Shown: piece by piece, positions 47,922 through 58,269 of the stretch | Position numbering within the stretch: position 1 is the first letter of the stretch | Layout: the number at the start of each line of letters is the position of its first letter | DNA from: Candidatus Tayloriibacteriota bacterium | GTDB lineage: Bacteria > Patescibacteriota > Minisyncoccia > Phycocordibacterales > PALSA-1337 | Direction: 5' to 3' | Assembly (NCBI GenBank): GCA_016215455.1 | Contig: JACRJP010000003.1 | Span: 124-64,123, forward strand | DNA: 64,000 bases | Notes under the pieces: generated by a model | Database searches by the model: none | What the model saw: only the letters and a program-made list of their open reading frames with translations | Told to the model about the DNA's origin: nothing | Program-made: the position numbers and the translations under genes

Positions 47922-49067
47922 ATGAATTTCATTCGAAATTGGCTTACCAAGGCACGAAACCCCCATAATCCCCTCATTACCGTAGCATTATCAAAAGCTG
48001 CCCTTCTTCACAATCTTAAGGAGTTTCAACAACTTTCTCCTGCGGTAGCACCGGTGCTCAAAGGCAATGCATACGGACATGGCCTTATCGAAATAGCTTC
48101 TATTCTTGAAAAAGAACATCTCCCTCTTTTTATTGTTGATTCATACACTGAGGCACGTTCTCTTCGTGCGGCGGGAATTACAACCCCCCTTCTTATTATT
48201 GGTTTTACCAAAACAGAAACAATTCGAAAATCAAAACTCCCTCACACATCATTTGTTGTCACAAGTTATGAAGCCCTAGAAGAATACGCACAACTTCTTA
48301 AAAAGCCGACAAAAATTCATCTTAAAATAGATACAGGGATGTGTCGCCAAGGAATTACTCTTGATCAAACACAGCAAGCAATTGACCTTATTAAAAAATC
48401 TCCTCATCTTATTCTTGAAGGAATATGTTCACACTTTGCTGATGCTGATAATCTTGATACAAGTTTCACTCAAAATCAGATCGATGTCTGGAATGACTGC
48501 GTCGACCTCTTCATGAAACATTTTTTAACGCTATCGTACTATCACACCAGCAACACAGCAGGACATGCGTATATCCGCCAAGCACGATCAAATATAAGTC
48601 GACTTGGAATTGGACTCTATGGTCTTACAGGAAATGGCGCGATAGATACCATGATTTCTTTACAACCCGTCATGAAAGTTACTACAAGTATTACAGGAAC
48701 GAAAAATATTCCAACAAATTCTAAAGTAGGTTATAACGGAACGTTCACTACAACCTCTCCAACCAAACTTGCAACGATTCCCATGGGATACTTTGAGGGT
48801 GTCGACCGACGACTTTCAAATAAAGGAATGGTGATGATTGGGGATACAGCAGCAAAGATAGCTGGGCGCGTTAGTATGAATATTACTATTCTCGATATTA
48901 CCAACATTCCTGATGTCGATAACATCAAACTCGGTACCGAAGTTACAGTTATAAGTTCACGTGAAAGTGACCCTAACTCAATCGTTAATATAGCAAAAAC
49001 ATGCGGTACTATTCCGTACGAAATAGCAGTACATGTTAATGCTGCGTTACAGCGTATAGTTATCTAA
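47922..49067 (+). CDS. alr: Alanine racemase
   Basis: VLKGNAYGHG, KIDTGM, SHFA, GYFEG and GRVSMN. Confidence 0.95.
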   Translation: MNFIRNWLTKARNPHNPLITVALSKAALLHNLKEFQQLSPAVAPVLKGNAYGHGLIEIASILEKEHLPLFIVDSYTEARSLRAAGITTPLLIIGFTKTETIRKSKLPHTSFVVTSYEALEEYAQLLKKPTKIHLKIDTGMCRQGITLDQTQQAIDLIKKSPHLILEGICSHFADADNLDTSFTQNQIDVWNDCVDLFMKHFLTLSYYHTSNTAGHAYIRQARSNISRLGIGLYGLTGNGAIDTMISLQPVMKVTTSITGTKNIPTNSKVGYNGTFTTTSPTKLATIPMGYFEGVDRRLSNKGMVMIGDTAAKIAGRVSMNITILDITNIPDVDNIKLGTEVTVISSRESDPNSIVNIAKTCGTIPYEIAVHVNAALQRIVI

Positions 49068-49081
49068 TTCACCCAAATTTG

Positions 49082-49165
49082 TGCGCAGAGTAGGATTTGA
49101 ACCTACGTAGCCCATAGGGCGACAGATTTACAGTCTGTTGCGATTGACCACTCCGCCATCTGCGC
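49082..49165 (-). tRNA. tRNA-Tyr (GTA)
   Basis: GCGCAGA/TCTGCGC; ACAGA-CTGTAAA-TCTGT; variable arm. Confidence 0.95.
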
Positions 49166-49248
49166 ATTTCAAGAACCCTGACATCATATCTTAAATAGAG
49201 CCTTATTTCAAGACAAATACCAAGATATACATCTAAGGGTTCTTGAGA

Positions 49249-51957
49249 TTACCCTAATACCCCTTCAATTTCTCGTTCTTTCACTCCTGAAGTTATATTT
49301 TTTCTTCCTCCTTTTTTCACATCAAATGTAAATTCATCAGTCACCTTCCCTGTTTTGTCAGTCTTAATATCCACATTGATTGTGCCTCCTTTCATCACTC
49401 CTTGAGAAATAATAAGTGAAGCAACTGGTGTGAGTATCTTATTTTGAATAATACGTCGAAGAGGTCGAGCACCGTACTGAGGATTGTATCCTTCCTTTGC
49501 AAGATATGTAAGCACTGCATCAGAAACAGAAAGTGTAATTTCTTTTGCCTTAAGTCGTGCAACAATCTGATCAACTTGAATCTTCACAATTGAGATAATT
49601 GATTCCTTACTCAAAATATCGAAGAGAATAATATCATCAACTCGGTTCAAGAATTCTGGTCGGAAATAGTCCTTGAGACTTCCCATCACTTTTGTTTTAG
49701 CTTCAGTATAGTTATCAGTATCAGATGCACTTACATCCTTAGCGAAGCCGAGTTTCTCCATCTTTTCAATATATTGAGCACCAATGTTTGATGTCATGAT
49801 AATAACTGTATTCTTGAAGTTTACGACACGACCCTTTGAGTCAGTAAGTCGTCCATTATCAAGAACCTGAAGAAGAATGTTGAATACTTCAGGATGTGCC
49901 TTCTCGATTTCATCAAAGAGAATGACTGAATATGGTCGATGACGAACTCGTTCAGTAAGTCCACCTCCCTCATCATATCCGACATAACCTGGAGGAGCAC
50001 CGATGAGTTTTGCAACTGAATGTTTCTCCATGAACTCTGACATGTCAACACGAATGAGAGCCTTATCATCATCAAACAAGAATTCAGCAAGCGCTCGTGT
50101 TAATTCTGTTTTACCAACTCCTGTTGGACCAAGGAAAATAAATGAACCGATTGGACGATTAGGATCAGCGATACCTGCGCGTGATCGCTTGATAGTATCT
50201 GCAATCTTTTTAACTGCTTCATTTTGACCAACAATACGTTTCTTAAGCTCATCTTCCATACGTGTAAGCTTTGACGCCTCCTCTTCAAGCATGCGTGATA
50301 CAGGAATACCTGTCCATCGTGAGACAACGTCAGCAATATCTTGTTCAGTAATCTCTTCTTTAAGAATTCGACGAGACGCTTGAAGTTTTTTCAAACGCTT
50401 ACTCTTCAATTCAAGATCCTTTTCAAGGGTTGGGATTTTGCCATAACGAATTTCTGCAGCCTTTGCAAGATCAGCATGTGCTTCAGCAGCTTCAGCTTCA
50501 AGACGAAGAACCTCAAGATCTTTTTTGATCTGTTTGATATGTACGATAGTTTCTTTCTCATTCTTCCACTTAAGTTCGAGTTCAGATGTACTTTCTTTAA
50601 GATTCGCAATATCCTCATCAATCTTTTCTTTACGAACCTTAGCATTCTTATTGTGTTCCTTTTTAAGGGCTTCACGTTCAATTTCAAGACGCATAATCTT
50701 ACGACGAGTTTCCTCGAGTTCTGGAGGCATGTTTTCAAGAGAAATCTTAAGTGCAGAAGCAGCTTCGTCAATGAGATCAACTGTCTTATCAGGCAAGAAA
50801 CGATCACTAATATATCGTGATGAGAGATTTACCGCAGCGATAATAGCATCATCAGTGATACGAACACCATGATATAACTCGTACTTTTCCTTAAGACCTC
50901 GAAGAATTGCAATCGCATCTTCTTCAGATGGTTCATTTACGTACACAGGTTGGAATCGACGAGTGAGCGCTGGATCTTTCTCAATATGTTTCTGATACTC
51001 GCGAATAGTTGTTGCACCGATCGCACGGAGCTCTCCTCGAGAAAGAGCTGGCTTCAACATATTTGAAGCATCCATTGAACCTTCAGATGCACCAGCACCA
51101 ACAAGTGTATGGATTTCATCGATAAAAAGAATAATCTTACCTTCTGAGCGCTCAATTTCTTTCAAAATATTCTTGAGACGCTCTTCAAATTCTCCACGAT
51201 ACTTTGTACCTGCAATAAGAGAACCAAGATCAAGTGAAACAAGCTCCTTATCCTTCAGAGACTCAGGAACATCACCTGCTGCAATACGAATAGCAAGACC
51301 TTCAGCAATAGCTGTCTTACCTACTCCAGCTTCACCGATTAAAATCGGATTGTTTTTTGTACGACGTGAGAGGATTTGGATGACACGAAGAATTTCTGTA
51401 TCACGACCAATGACGGGGTCGAGCTTATTTTCCCGAGCAAGTTTAGTAAGACTTCGTGCATATTTTGCAAGAGTACGAAACTGCTTTGGTTTTGTACCAT
51501 CACCAACTTGTGATGTACGAAGTTCTTCGATAATCCCAAGAACAGCATCCTTCTCAATCTTAAATTTAGAAAGGAGTTCTTTTGCAGGACCTGATATTTC
51601 AAGAGCAGCAACAAAGAGATGTTCTGTTGAAATAAATTCATCTTTAAGAGTTGTCGCGACCTTACCAGCACCTTCAAGAATCTGTGCGAGATCAGGAGTT
51701 AAATAAATTTGGTATGAAGGTGAAAGTGTCGTATTTGATTGAGGCGCTTCAATTGTCTCAAGAATCATATCTGTCAGTGCAGTAACATCGACTTCAAGTC
51801 GTTCAAGGATCGATGTCACCATACTCTCATCCTGAAGAATGAGAGCCGAGAGAAGATGAAGTGGGTTTACATGATTTTGACCACGCTCTATGGCAAATTC
51901 ATGAGCGCGTCGTATAGCTTCCTTAGCTTTAGTTGTGAAATTTTGAAATGGAGGCAT
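49249..51957 (-). CDS. clpB: ATP-dependent chaperone ClpB
   Basis: Clp N-domain, GEAGVGKT, long coiled-coil M domain (AAEIRYG) and GPTGVGKT. Confidence 0.95.
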   Translation of the reverse strand: MPPFQNFTTKAKEAIRRAHEFAIERGQNHVNPLHLLSALILQDESMVTSILERLEVDVTALTDMILETIEAPQSNTTLSPSYQIYLTPDLAQILEGAGKVATTLKDEFISTEHLFVAALEISGPAKELLSKFKIEKDAVLGIIEELRTSQVGDGTKPKQFRTLAKYARSLTKLARENKLDPVIGRDTEILRVIQILSRRTKNNPILIGEAGVGKTAIAEGLAIRIAAGDVPESLKDKELVSLDLGSLIAGTKYRGEFEERLKNILKEIERSEGKIILFIDEIHTLVGAGASEGSMDASNMLKPALSRGELRAIGATTIREYQKHIEKDPALTRRFQPVYVNEPSEEDAIAILRGLKEKYELYHGVRITDDAIIAAVNLSSRYISDRFLPDKTVDLIDEAASALKISLENMPPELEETRRKIMRLEIEREALKKEHNKNAKVRKEKIDEDIANLKESTSELELKWKNEKETIVHIKQIKKDLEVLRLEAEAAEAHADLAKAAEIRYGKIPTLEKDLELKSKRLKKLQASRRILKEEITEQDIADVVSRWTGIPVSRMLEEEASKLTRMEDELKKRIVGQNEAVKKIADTIKRSRAGIADPNRPIGSFIFLGPTGVGKTELTRALAEFLFDDDKALIRVDMSEFMEKHSVAKLIGAPPGYVGYDEGGGLTERVRHRPYSVILFDEIEKAHPEVFNILLQVLDNGRLTDSKGRVVNFKNTVIIMTSNIGAQYIEKMEKLGFAKDVSASDTDNYTEAKTKVMGSLKDYFRPEFLNRVDDIILFDILSKESIISIVKIQVDQIVARLKAKEITLSVSDAVLTYLAKEGYNPQYGARPLRRIIQNKILTPVASLIISQGVMKGGTINVDIKTDKTGKVTDEFTFDVKKGGRKNITSGVKEREIEGVLG

Positions 51958-52018
51958 ATATAAAAATAATAATGATTATTTTATAAACTGTCAATACACT
52001 CGGTAGCTTCCCTCACCT

Positions 52019-52873
52019 TTACTGAACTGCAGCCGATGATGTGGCGGTCTTTGGAACATTTAACGCACTGACAACCTGAAGAACACGAGGAGCGGGAAGA
52101 AATTCATTTGATACCTCCGAATTAACTGACTGTGTCTTCATGCCCACGAATTCTCCTGAGAGAGAAAACAATGAACTTCCCATCGAAAGAGCATGATTGT
52201 TATTACTAAACGAAATACTCTTAGGAATCATTGCTACTGTCGAAGTTCCCTCTGATCCTTGCTGAACGTTCTGAATTATACCCTGATAGACTGAGATTTC
52301 CTTAGTTCCTCCTAATAAGAGTAGTGTGGCACCAAGCTTTATGTTTGCACTGGTTACAAAAGTGACGGGAGTAAATACAGTGGTCTTCTTTTGTGCTTCA
52401 GTGAGAGATGGTGTGAGGAACGCAATATCACTTCCTTGAGATGCATTGATAACTTCTGCAGGATAACGAACTCCATCTGAAGTCACAATGAAATACGATC
52501 CTGGTACTGCTGTCACAATTCTATCAGTAGCAACTTTTCCATCTTTTGCTACGATCACTCCATACCCTTCAATAATTTCTCCAGCATTTGCAAGTGTTCG
52601 AATAATTTTAACAGTACTCTTCATTGCTTTTTGAGTTGCTGCGGCCGTAACATCTTCATAAGTAAAGACGGGTGCCTTTACCACTGCGGCGGGTGCAGGT
52701 TCAGCGGGAACGACACGTTCAACTGTTCGTTCAACCACTCGGTTGATAGTTTGAGTAACCCCTTGTGGTGCCTGATCCATGAGAGACACTGTAAAAATAC
52801 CCGTTGCCATTGAGGTAACAAAACTCACGAAGAGTGTGAGAAGTACAATTTGTTGTTTCGTGAGATTTTCCAT
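52019..52873 (-). CDS. Trypsin-like (S1C/HtrA-related) membrane protein, probably catalytically inactive
   Basis: Start MENL; TM; GYGVIVAKDGKVATDRIV, SDIAFL and GSSLFSLSGEFVGM. Confidence 0.65.
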   Translation of the reverse strand: MENLTKQQIVLLTLFVSFVTSMATGIFTVSLMDQAPQGVTQTINRVVERTVERVVPAEPAPAAVVKAPVFTYEDVTAAATQKAMKSTVKIIRTLANAGEIIEGYGVIVAKDGKVATDRIVTAVPGSYFIVTSDGVRYPAEVINASQGSDIAFLTPSLTEAQKKTTVFTPVTFVTSANIKLGATLLLLGGTKEISVYQGIIQNVQQGSEGTSTVAMIPKSISFSNNNHALSMGSSLFSLSGEFVGMKTQSVNSEVSNEFLPAPRVLQVVSALNVPKTATSSAAVQ

Positions 52874-52899
52874 GCCCACATCATAGCAAACTGCGCTAC

Positions 52900-54081
52900 T
52901 TATTCAAGTTTTGCGAGAGGTAGAACTTTTTTCAAAACTTTTGCAAACTTTTTAATATCACCACGTGTTGTTATTCGGCCAAACGAGAGACGAATTGATG
53001 ACATGGTTGCTGCGCCAATTGCTTTCATAACATACGATTCATCACTATCACGTAGACATGAACTTTTAGTTGAGCAAGCAATTCCATGAGCATCAAGTCG
53101 AAGCATGAGAGACTCGGCATCATAGCCTGGAAATTCAATATTCAGTATATGTGGAGACACAAGAGCTGCGGCTCCATGAGCGTGTGCTGTAGGAAGAATT
53201 TGTACACATTGATCACTAGCAAATTTTCGAAGGTCTGTAAGACGAGCTATTTCAACAACTCTTTCCTTTTGAGCAATTTCTAATGCGTATACAAATCCCA
53301 TGATTGATGGAACATTTTCGGTTCCCGAACGCAGTCCTTTTTCTTGTCCTCCTCCGTATATAGTAGGTGCACACACTACACCTCGACGAATATAGAGCAT
53401 TCCAATTCCCTTTGGACCATATACTTTATGAGCATCAAGCGTAAGAAGATCAGCTCCTAGTTTTTCGAGATTAACTTCATTACACAAAAATGCTTGGCTC
53501 GCGTCAGTATGAAAATATGGAAAAGCTTTTCCAGATTCCTTGCGAACATGTCGAATGGTTCGAATAATTTCTTCAAGAGGCTGTACTGTTCCTATTTCAT
53601 TATTCACATACTGTACTGAAACAAGAGTTGTGGTTGGAGAAAGTTTCTTTTTAAATTCTTCGATATCGAGTACACCTTCATGTGTTACACCAATAACATC
53701 AAGCTTCGCACCTCGTCGCTCCAATTCATAGAAACATTCGAGTACTGATGTATGTTCAATCGAAGAAGTAATAATATGAATATCTGAGATAGAGATTCCT
53801 GCATTCAAACACGCCTGCACGACTCCCATGATGCCAATATTATTTGCTTCAGTTCCAGTTCCTGTAAAAATAATTTCATCTGCATGAGCACGAAGAAGTT
53901 CTGCAACTTTTTTCTTTGCTGTATCAAGTGCAGCATGAGCAGCGACACCTTCACGATGTAGTGAAGATGGATTACCTATCTCATTTCGATACCATTTCTT
54001 CATGTGAGAAAGCACCCGAGGGTCAGTCGGAGTCAATGAAGCGTGGTCAAGATATACTCTGCTATTGAAAAAATGAAACAT
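52900..54081 (-). CDS. Cysteine desulfurase (IscS/NifS family)
   Basis: YLDHAS, GNPSSLH, NNEIGT, HKVYGPKG, RSGTEN and STKSSC. Confidence 0.92.
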   Translation of the reverse strand: MFHFFNSRVYLDHASLTPTDPRVLSHMKKWYRNEIGNPSSLHREGVAAHAALDTAKKKVAELLRAHADEIIFTGTGTEANNIGIMGVVQACLNAGISISDIHIITSSIEHTSVLECFYELERRGAKLDVIGVTHEGVLDIEEFKKKLSPTTTLVSVQYVNNEIGTVQPLEEIIRTIRHVRKESGKAFPYFHTDASQAFLCNEVNLEKLGADLLTLDAHKVYGPKGIGMLYIRRGVVCAPTIYGGGQEKGLRSGTENVPSIMGFVYALEIAQKERVVEIARLTDLRKFASDQCVQILPTAHAHGAAALVSPHILNIEFPGYDAESLMLRLDAHGIACSTKSSCLRDSDESYVMKAIGAATMSSIRLSFGRITTRGDIKKFAKVLKKVLPLAKLE

Positions 54082-54151
54082 ATGTGTGATGTAACGAGTA
54101 TATCCACAAATTCCTTTGCTGGCAAAAGCATATCACGTATATACTGTACAC

Positions 54152-54619
54152 ATGCCTACAGACATCACATCCATTCTTATCGGTGCTCTCATACTATGTG
54201 TCATCATTCTTGCGACACTCGTCATTCGACTTGAAATCAAACTCAAGCGCTTTTTAGTTGCAAAAGGTGCAGTATCAATCGATGACTCTCTCACCAAACT
54301 CTCTAGTGACACAAAAGAATTACAAACCTTCCGTACCGAACTCGAAAGCTATCTCAAGACTGTCGAAAAGCGTCTACGACGAAGTGTTCAATCAATTCAT
54401 ACTATTCGTTTCAATCCATTCAAAGGAACAGGAAGTGGTGGTAACCAAAGTTTTGCGACTGCATTTATGAATGAAGATGGTGACGGTGTTGTTATTTCAA
54501 GTCTCTACTCACGAGAACATGTGAGTGTCTTCTCAAAACCTGTTAAAAAGTCTGCATCTGAATACGAACTCACTGTTGAGGAAAAAACAGCGCTCACGGA
54601 AGCAAAAAAGACTCTCTAG
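54152..54619 (+). CDS. DUF4446 family membrane protein
   Basis: N-terminal TM; RFNPF...GGNQSF...GVVISSLYSRE...KP. Confidence 0.85.
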   Translation: MPTDITSILIGALILCVIILATLVIRLEIKLKRFLVAKGAVSIDDSLTKLSSDTKELQTFRTELESYLKTVEKRLRRSVQSIHTIRFNPFKGTGSGGNQSFATAFMNEDGDGVVISSLYSREHVSVFSKPVKKSASEYELTVEEKTALTEAKKTL

Positions 54620-54627
54620 CAGCAACA

Positions 54628-54656
54628 TTGACAACTAGTCAAATATATGCTATTAT
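54628..54656 (+). promoter_or_regulatory. Sigma70 promoter of an orphan two-gene cassette
   Basis: TTGACA-17-TATTAT with an extended TG. Confidence 0.7.
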
Positions 54657-54769
54657 GGCTTCGAATAGCCCTTTTACAACACGTATGGAAATACGTTGCA
54701 TTGCCGTGTGGCTGTGCATTGTTTGGGCTTTCTTTGTTAGTGAAAAGGACCTCTGAATCTACTCCCGCC

Positions 54770-54958
54770 ATGACTCCCCAAAAACTTCTCATTACCCTTT
54801 GTGTGTTGGGTGCCGCAATCATCACTGTGATGGTCGTCACTCCGAAGCGTCAGGTTGTCGCAGGACAACCCGCTGTCACAGAAACCAACATCATCAATCT
54901 CAAGGCTCACGCGACTGTGAGCTTTGGAACACCAACAACGAACAACATCAATAAGTAG
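54770..54958 (+). CDS. Small single-TM/secreted peptide (62 aa)
   Basis: MTPQKLLITLCVLGAAIITVMVVTPKRQ... Confidence 0.55.
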   Translation: MTPQKLLITLCVLGAAIITVMVVTPKRQVVAGQPAVTETNIINLKAHATVSFGTPTTNNINK

Positions 54959-55005
54959 TCCTCAACAAGCATCACAAGCAACGCAACCTCTCAACAAATC
55001 CCACA

Positions 55006-56130
55006 ATGAAACTCAATACCGTCCTGGCCAAGCTTGCCTTGGCACTCGCCCTCATCACCATGTCCGCCACGACTCGCTCCCTCGCGATCGAGTCTGTCGA
55101 GTCCTCATCGCGCCCAGCTGTGGAAGCCATCCCGCTTCCCACGCATCTGGCACCCTTCCTCCGCACGGAGGAAGACCTGATCGCGTTTCTCAGCCTGATG
55201 CAGCGGTCGGTCAGTTACGGGCTTTCAGCCAATAGCGGACAGACCTGGGAGAACAGTTCGGGTCGCAAGGTCTGGACTCAAGCTCCCTCGCAACAGGAAA
55301 TCATCGATACCATCGAGGCATCGAACCTCAACATCGGCGTGTTGAACCCGAACGATCGTGTGTCCTTCTGGACCTACACCTACGACGGACAGGGACGTCC
55401 TTTGTTCAGCGCCGGCGACTCAAAGTTGCCATTCAACGACAAAGGTGGTTGGAGTTTGCCCGAGTTCCATCTGAACTTCCGGCCCTACTACCAGTTCCCC
55501 CTGCCGCGCTACGAAGGCGTTTATGCGGCCGAGATCCTGGCAACCGACGCCCAAGGCCGCACCCGCGACCAGGAATGGTTCAACCAAGACGACGACGGCG
55601 TGATCCTGATGGACAGCTACCTCGCCAGGAAAAACCTCACTGGGTTCCTCGTCTTCCACATGGAGGACGGTTCCTCGCGGAGCTATGACCTCACAACGGG
55701 CAACGAAGTGTCCCAGACCAATCTGACGGCCGGAGCGAAGGCTTCGTTCGACGGCTCGGTCTCCTTCAAGGACGAAAACATCGTGCTCAAGCTCGACAGC
55801 GAGAACGGAATTGGCGAAAAGAAAAACGTTCAACTCCGCACGACGGTCAAAGGGACCTACAAAATCAAAGTCAGCACCGCGGAGGGCAAGTATCCCTTGC
55901 ACTACCGCGTGTATGCCGAAGAGAATGGCGTCATTGCAGCTGACAACATCCACTACGGCGAGAACGAAAACGGACAGACCGGAATCGAACTCGACTTCCC
56001 GATCGGCCTCTTTACCTTTGTGCCGGTCTGGAACGTGGCCGATTTCCGCGAACCGGGCGACTGCCCGCCGGGCTACACATGCTCGGGCGACGGTTACGGC
56101 AAGGGTGTGGTGGAACCCGCCACCAAGTAA
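55006..56130 (+). CDS. Secreted hypothetical protein, GC-rich orphan
   Basis: Signal peptide MKLNTVLAKLALALAL; mostly C/G-ending codons; beta-rich; C-terminal CPPGYTC. Confidence 0.75.
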   Translation: MKLNTVLAKLALALALITMSATTRSLAIESVESSSRPAVEAIPLPTHLAPFLRTEEDLIAFLSLMQRSVSYGLSANSGQTWENSSGRKVWTQAPSQQEIIDTIEASNLNIGVLNPNDRVSFWTYTYDGQGRPLFSAGDSKLPFNDKGGWSLPEFHLNFRPYYQFPLPRYEGVYAAEILATDAQGRTRDQEWFNQDDDGVILMDSYLARKNLTGFLVFHMEDGSSRSYDLTTGNEVSQTNLTAGAKASFDGSVSFKDENIVLKLDSENGIGEKKNVQLRTTVKGTYKIKVSTAEGKYPLHYRVYAEENGVIAADNIHYGENENGQTGIELDFPIGLFTFVPVWNVADFREPGDCPPGYTCSGDGYGKGVVEPATK

Positions 56131-56185
56131 CGGGTGGATCCATACGTGAAGAAGTGAAGACCATCCTTCGGGATGAGTCTGCGAA

Positions 56186-56225
56186 GCGCCGCGGAGACAA
56201 TACATCCACGGCGCCTTTTATTTTC
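56186..56225 (+). terminator. Intrinsic terminator
   Basis: GCGCCGCGGA...TCCACGGCGC followed by CTTTTATTTTT. Confidence 0.75.
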
Positions 56226-56293
56226 ATAATCTATAGATTAAACTTCTAAAAAGTTGATAAAAAGCCATTTTTCTGGTACTGTTGTACCCACGT

Positions 56294-57832
56294 ATGGCTC
56301 AATCTCCTACTCCAAAAAACAAAGCAAATAAGTCCGTGGTGACAGGAAGCACCATACCTCGTCCACCGGTGGTTGTTGTCATGGGTCACATCGACCACGG
56401 CAAATCTACCCTTCTCGACTTTATCCGCAAAGCAAACGTTGTTGCAGGTGAAGCAGGTGGAATTACACAACACCTCGGTGCATATGAAGTTCACCACACA
56501 ACAGCTGAAGGCAAGGCTGGTGTTATTACTTTTCTTGATACTCCTGGCCACGAAGCATTTTGTGATATTCGAACTCGAGGATCACAAGTCGCAGATATCG
56601 CTGTGCTTGTTGTCTCTGCAGAAGATGGTGTGAAGCCACAAACACTTGAAGCTCTCTCATGCATCAAAGCAGAAGAACTTCCGTACGTTGTTGCGATTAA
56701 TAAAATCGACAAACCCGGAGCAAATATTGAACGAACAAAACAAAATCTCGCAGAACATGAAATATATGTTGAAGGTTACGGAGGAGATATCCCTGTTGTT
56801 CCAATTTCAGCCCTTACAGGTCAAGGTGTTCCTGAGCTTCTCGACATGCTCATTCTCGTTGCAGAACTCGAAAATCTTTCAGGAGATCCTACAGCGGTAG
56901 CATCAGGTGCTGTGATCGAAGGTAGTCTTCATCCAAAGAAAGGTATCTCTGCCTCCCTTCTCATCAAGAATGGAACTCTTCGTGTCGGAACTTTCGTTGT
57001 TGCACACGACGCAATTTCTCCAGTTCGTATTCTTGAAGATCATCTTGGTAAGGCAGTTAAGGAAGCAACATTCTCAAGTCCTGTAAAAGTCATTGGCTGG
57101 GACAAACTTCCTCTTGCTGGTACACCATTCATTGTTGTCGAAAATAAAAAAGAAGCAGAAGAAATTGCTGCAAAGAATGCACAACAAAATCCTATTACAA
57201 CTGACAACACTGTCTATGCTGAAGGCACTATCGTAATTCCTATTATCATCAAAGCCGATGTTGTTGGAAGTCTCGAAGGTATTCAATTTGAACTCAAGAA
57301 AATCAAGCATGACAAGGTAAAGATCAAGATCATCGCAGCAGGTATTGGTGAAATTAGTGAACGTGATGTTAAGGTTGCTCAAAGTACTCCCGATACTATC
57401 CTCATTGCATTCAACGTAAAGCCTGACGCAAAAGCAAAATCTCTCCTTGAACGAACCCCGATCAATGTTCAGTCATTTAATGTAATCTACAACATCACTG
57501 AATATCTCCAAAAGCTCGCTACTTCAAAAATTCCAAAGGAATACATCGACCAGTCTATTGGTAAAGCCAAAATTCTTCAGGTATTTAGTAAAAATAAGGA
57601 CAAACAGATTGTTGGAGGTAAAGTGCAAGAAGGAGAAATTCGACTTGGTGGTGAAGTAAAGATTCTCCGACGTGATATTGAAATTGGTCGTGGTCGTATT
57701 AAGGAACTTCAGCAACAAAAAGTTAAAGCACAAGAAGTTCGTGAAGGCTATGAATTCGGTACTCTCATCGAATCAAAAATTGAGATAGCTCAGGGCGATA
57801 AAGTGGAATGTTTTGAAACTGTAGAAAAATAA
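56294..57832 (+). CDS. infB: Translation initiation factor IF-2 (short, no N-domain)
   Basis: [31 protein letters not shown] and NKID. Confidence 0.96.
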   Translation: MAQSPTPKNKANKSVVTGSTIPRPPVVVVMGHIDHGKSTLLDFIRKANVVAGEAGGITQHLGAYEVHHTTAEGKAGVITFLDTPGHEAFCDIRTRGSQVADIAVLVVSAEDGVKPQTLEALSCIKAEELPYVVAINKIDKPGANIERTKQNLAEHEIYVEGYGGDIPVVPISALTGQGVPELLDMLILVAELENLSGDPTAVASGAVIEGSLHPKKGISASLLIKNGTLRVGTFVVAHDAISPVRILEDHLGKAVKEATFSSPVKVIGWDKLPLAGTPFIVVENKKEAEEIAAKNAQQNPITTDNTVYAEGTIVIPIIIKADVVGSLEGIQFELKKIKHDKVKIKIIAAGIGEISERDVKVAQSTPDTILIAFNVKPDAKAKSLLERTPINVQSFNVIYNITEYLQKLATSKIPKEYIDQSIGKAKILQVFSKNKDKQIVGGKVQEGEIRLGGEVKILRRDIEIGRGRIKELQQQKVKAQEVREGYEFGTLIESKIEIAQGDKVECFETVEK

Positions 57833-57845
57833 GTATAATAACCCC

Positions 57846-58178
57846 ATGTCAGAGAAAGATGAACGATTAAAGGATGTATTGAAGACTCTTGCCGCTGAAT
57901 TTGTTCAGCGAGAGTCGAATGGTATCTCCCTTATCACTATCACTGACGTTGCAATCGCAGATCGTGGAGGTCGTGCAACTATTTACTTTACCGTACTACC
58001 TGAAGACAAAGTAAAAGGTGTACTCGACTTCTTGAAGCGTAAGCGTGCTGAATTTCGTGACTATGTCACTGAAAAATCACGCATTGGTCGTATTCCTTTT
58101 TTCGATTTCGCACTGGATATCGGAGAAAAGAATCGACAGCGCATCGACGAGATTTCAGGTACCATCGCAGCAAATTGA
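57846..58178 (+). CDS. rbfA: Ribosome-binding factor A
   Basis: Follows infB; ITITDV...ATIYF...RIPFFDFALD. Confidence 0.85.
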   Translation: MSEKDERLKDVLKTLAAEFVQRESNGISLITITDVAIADRGGRATIYFTVLPEDKVKGVLDFLKRKRAEFRDYVTEKSRIGRIPFFDFALDIGEKNRQRIDEISGTIAAN

Positions 58179-58250
58179 CGTAGTGGCGAAGTTGGTTAAC
58201 GCGACAGTCTGCAAAACTGTTATGCGCCGGTTCGATCCCGGCCTACGTCT
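58177..58250 (+). tRNA. tRNA-Cys (GCA)
   Basis: GACGTAG/CTACGTC; ACAGT-CTGCAAA-ACTGT; U73. Confidence 0.95.
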
Positions 58251-58269
58251 CACTTCTAACTAAAAGAAT

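Noticed and set aside
51958-52000. Heat-shock operator (CIRCE/HAIR/CtsR) upstream of clpB
   Set aside because: Only an AT-rich weak dyad and a TTGACA promoter; no consensus match.
55420-56205. 261-aa antisense ORF
   Set aside because: Shadow of the GC-rich plus-strand gene, which has a signal peptide, promoter and terminator.
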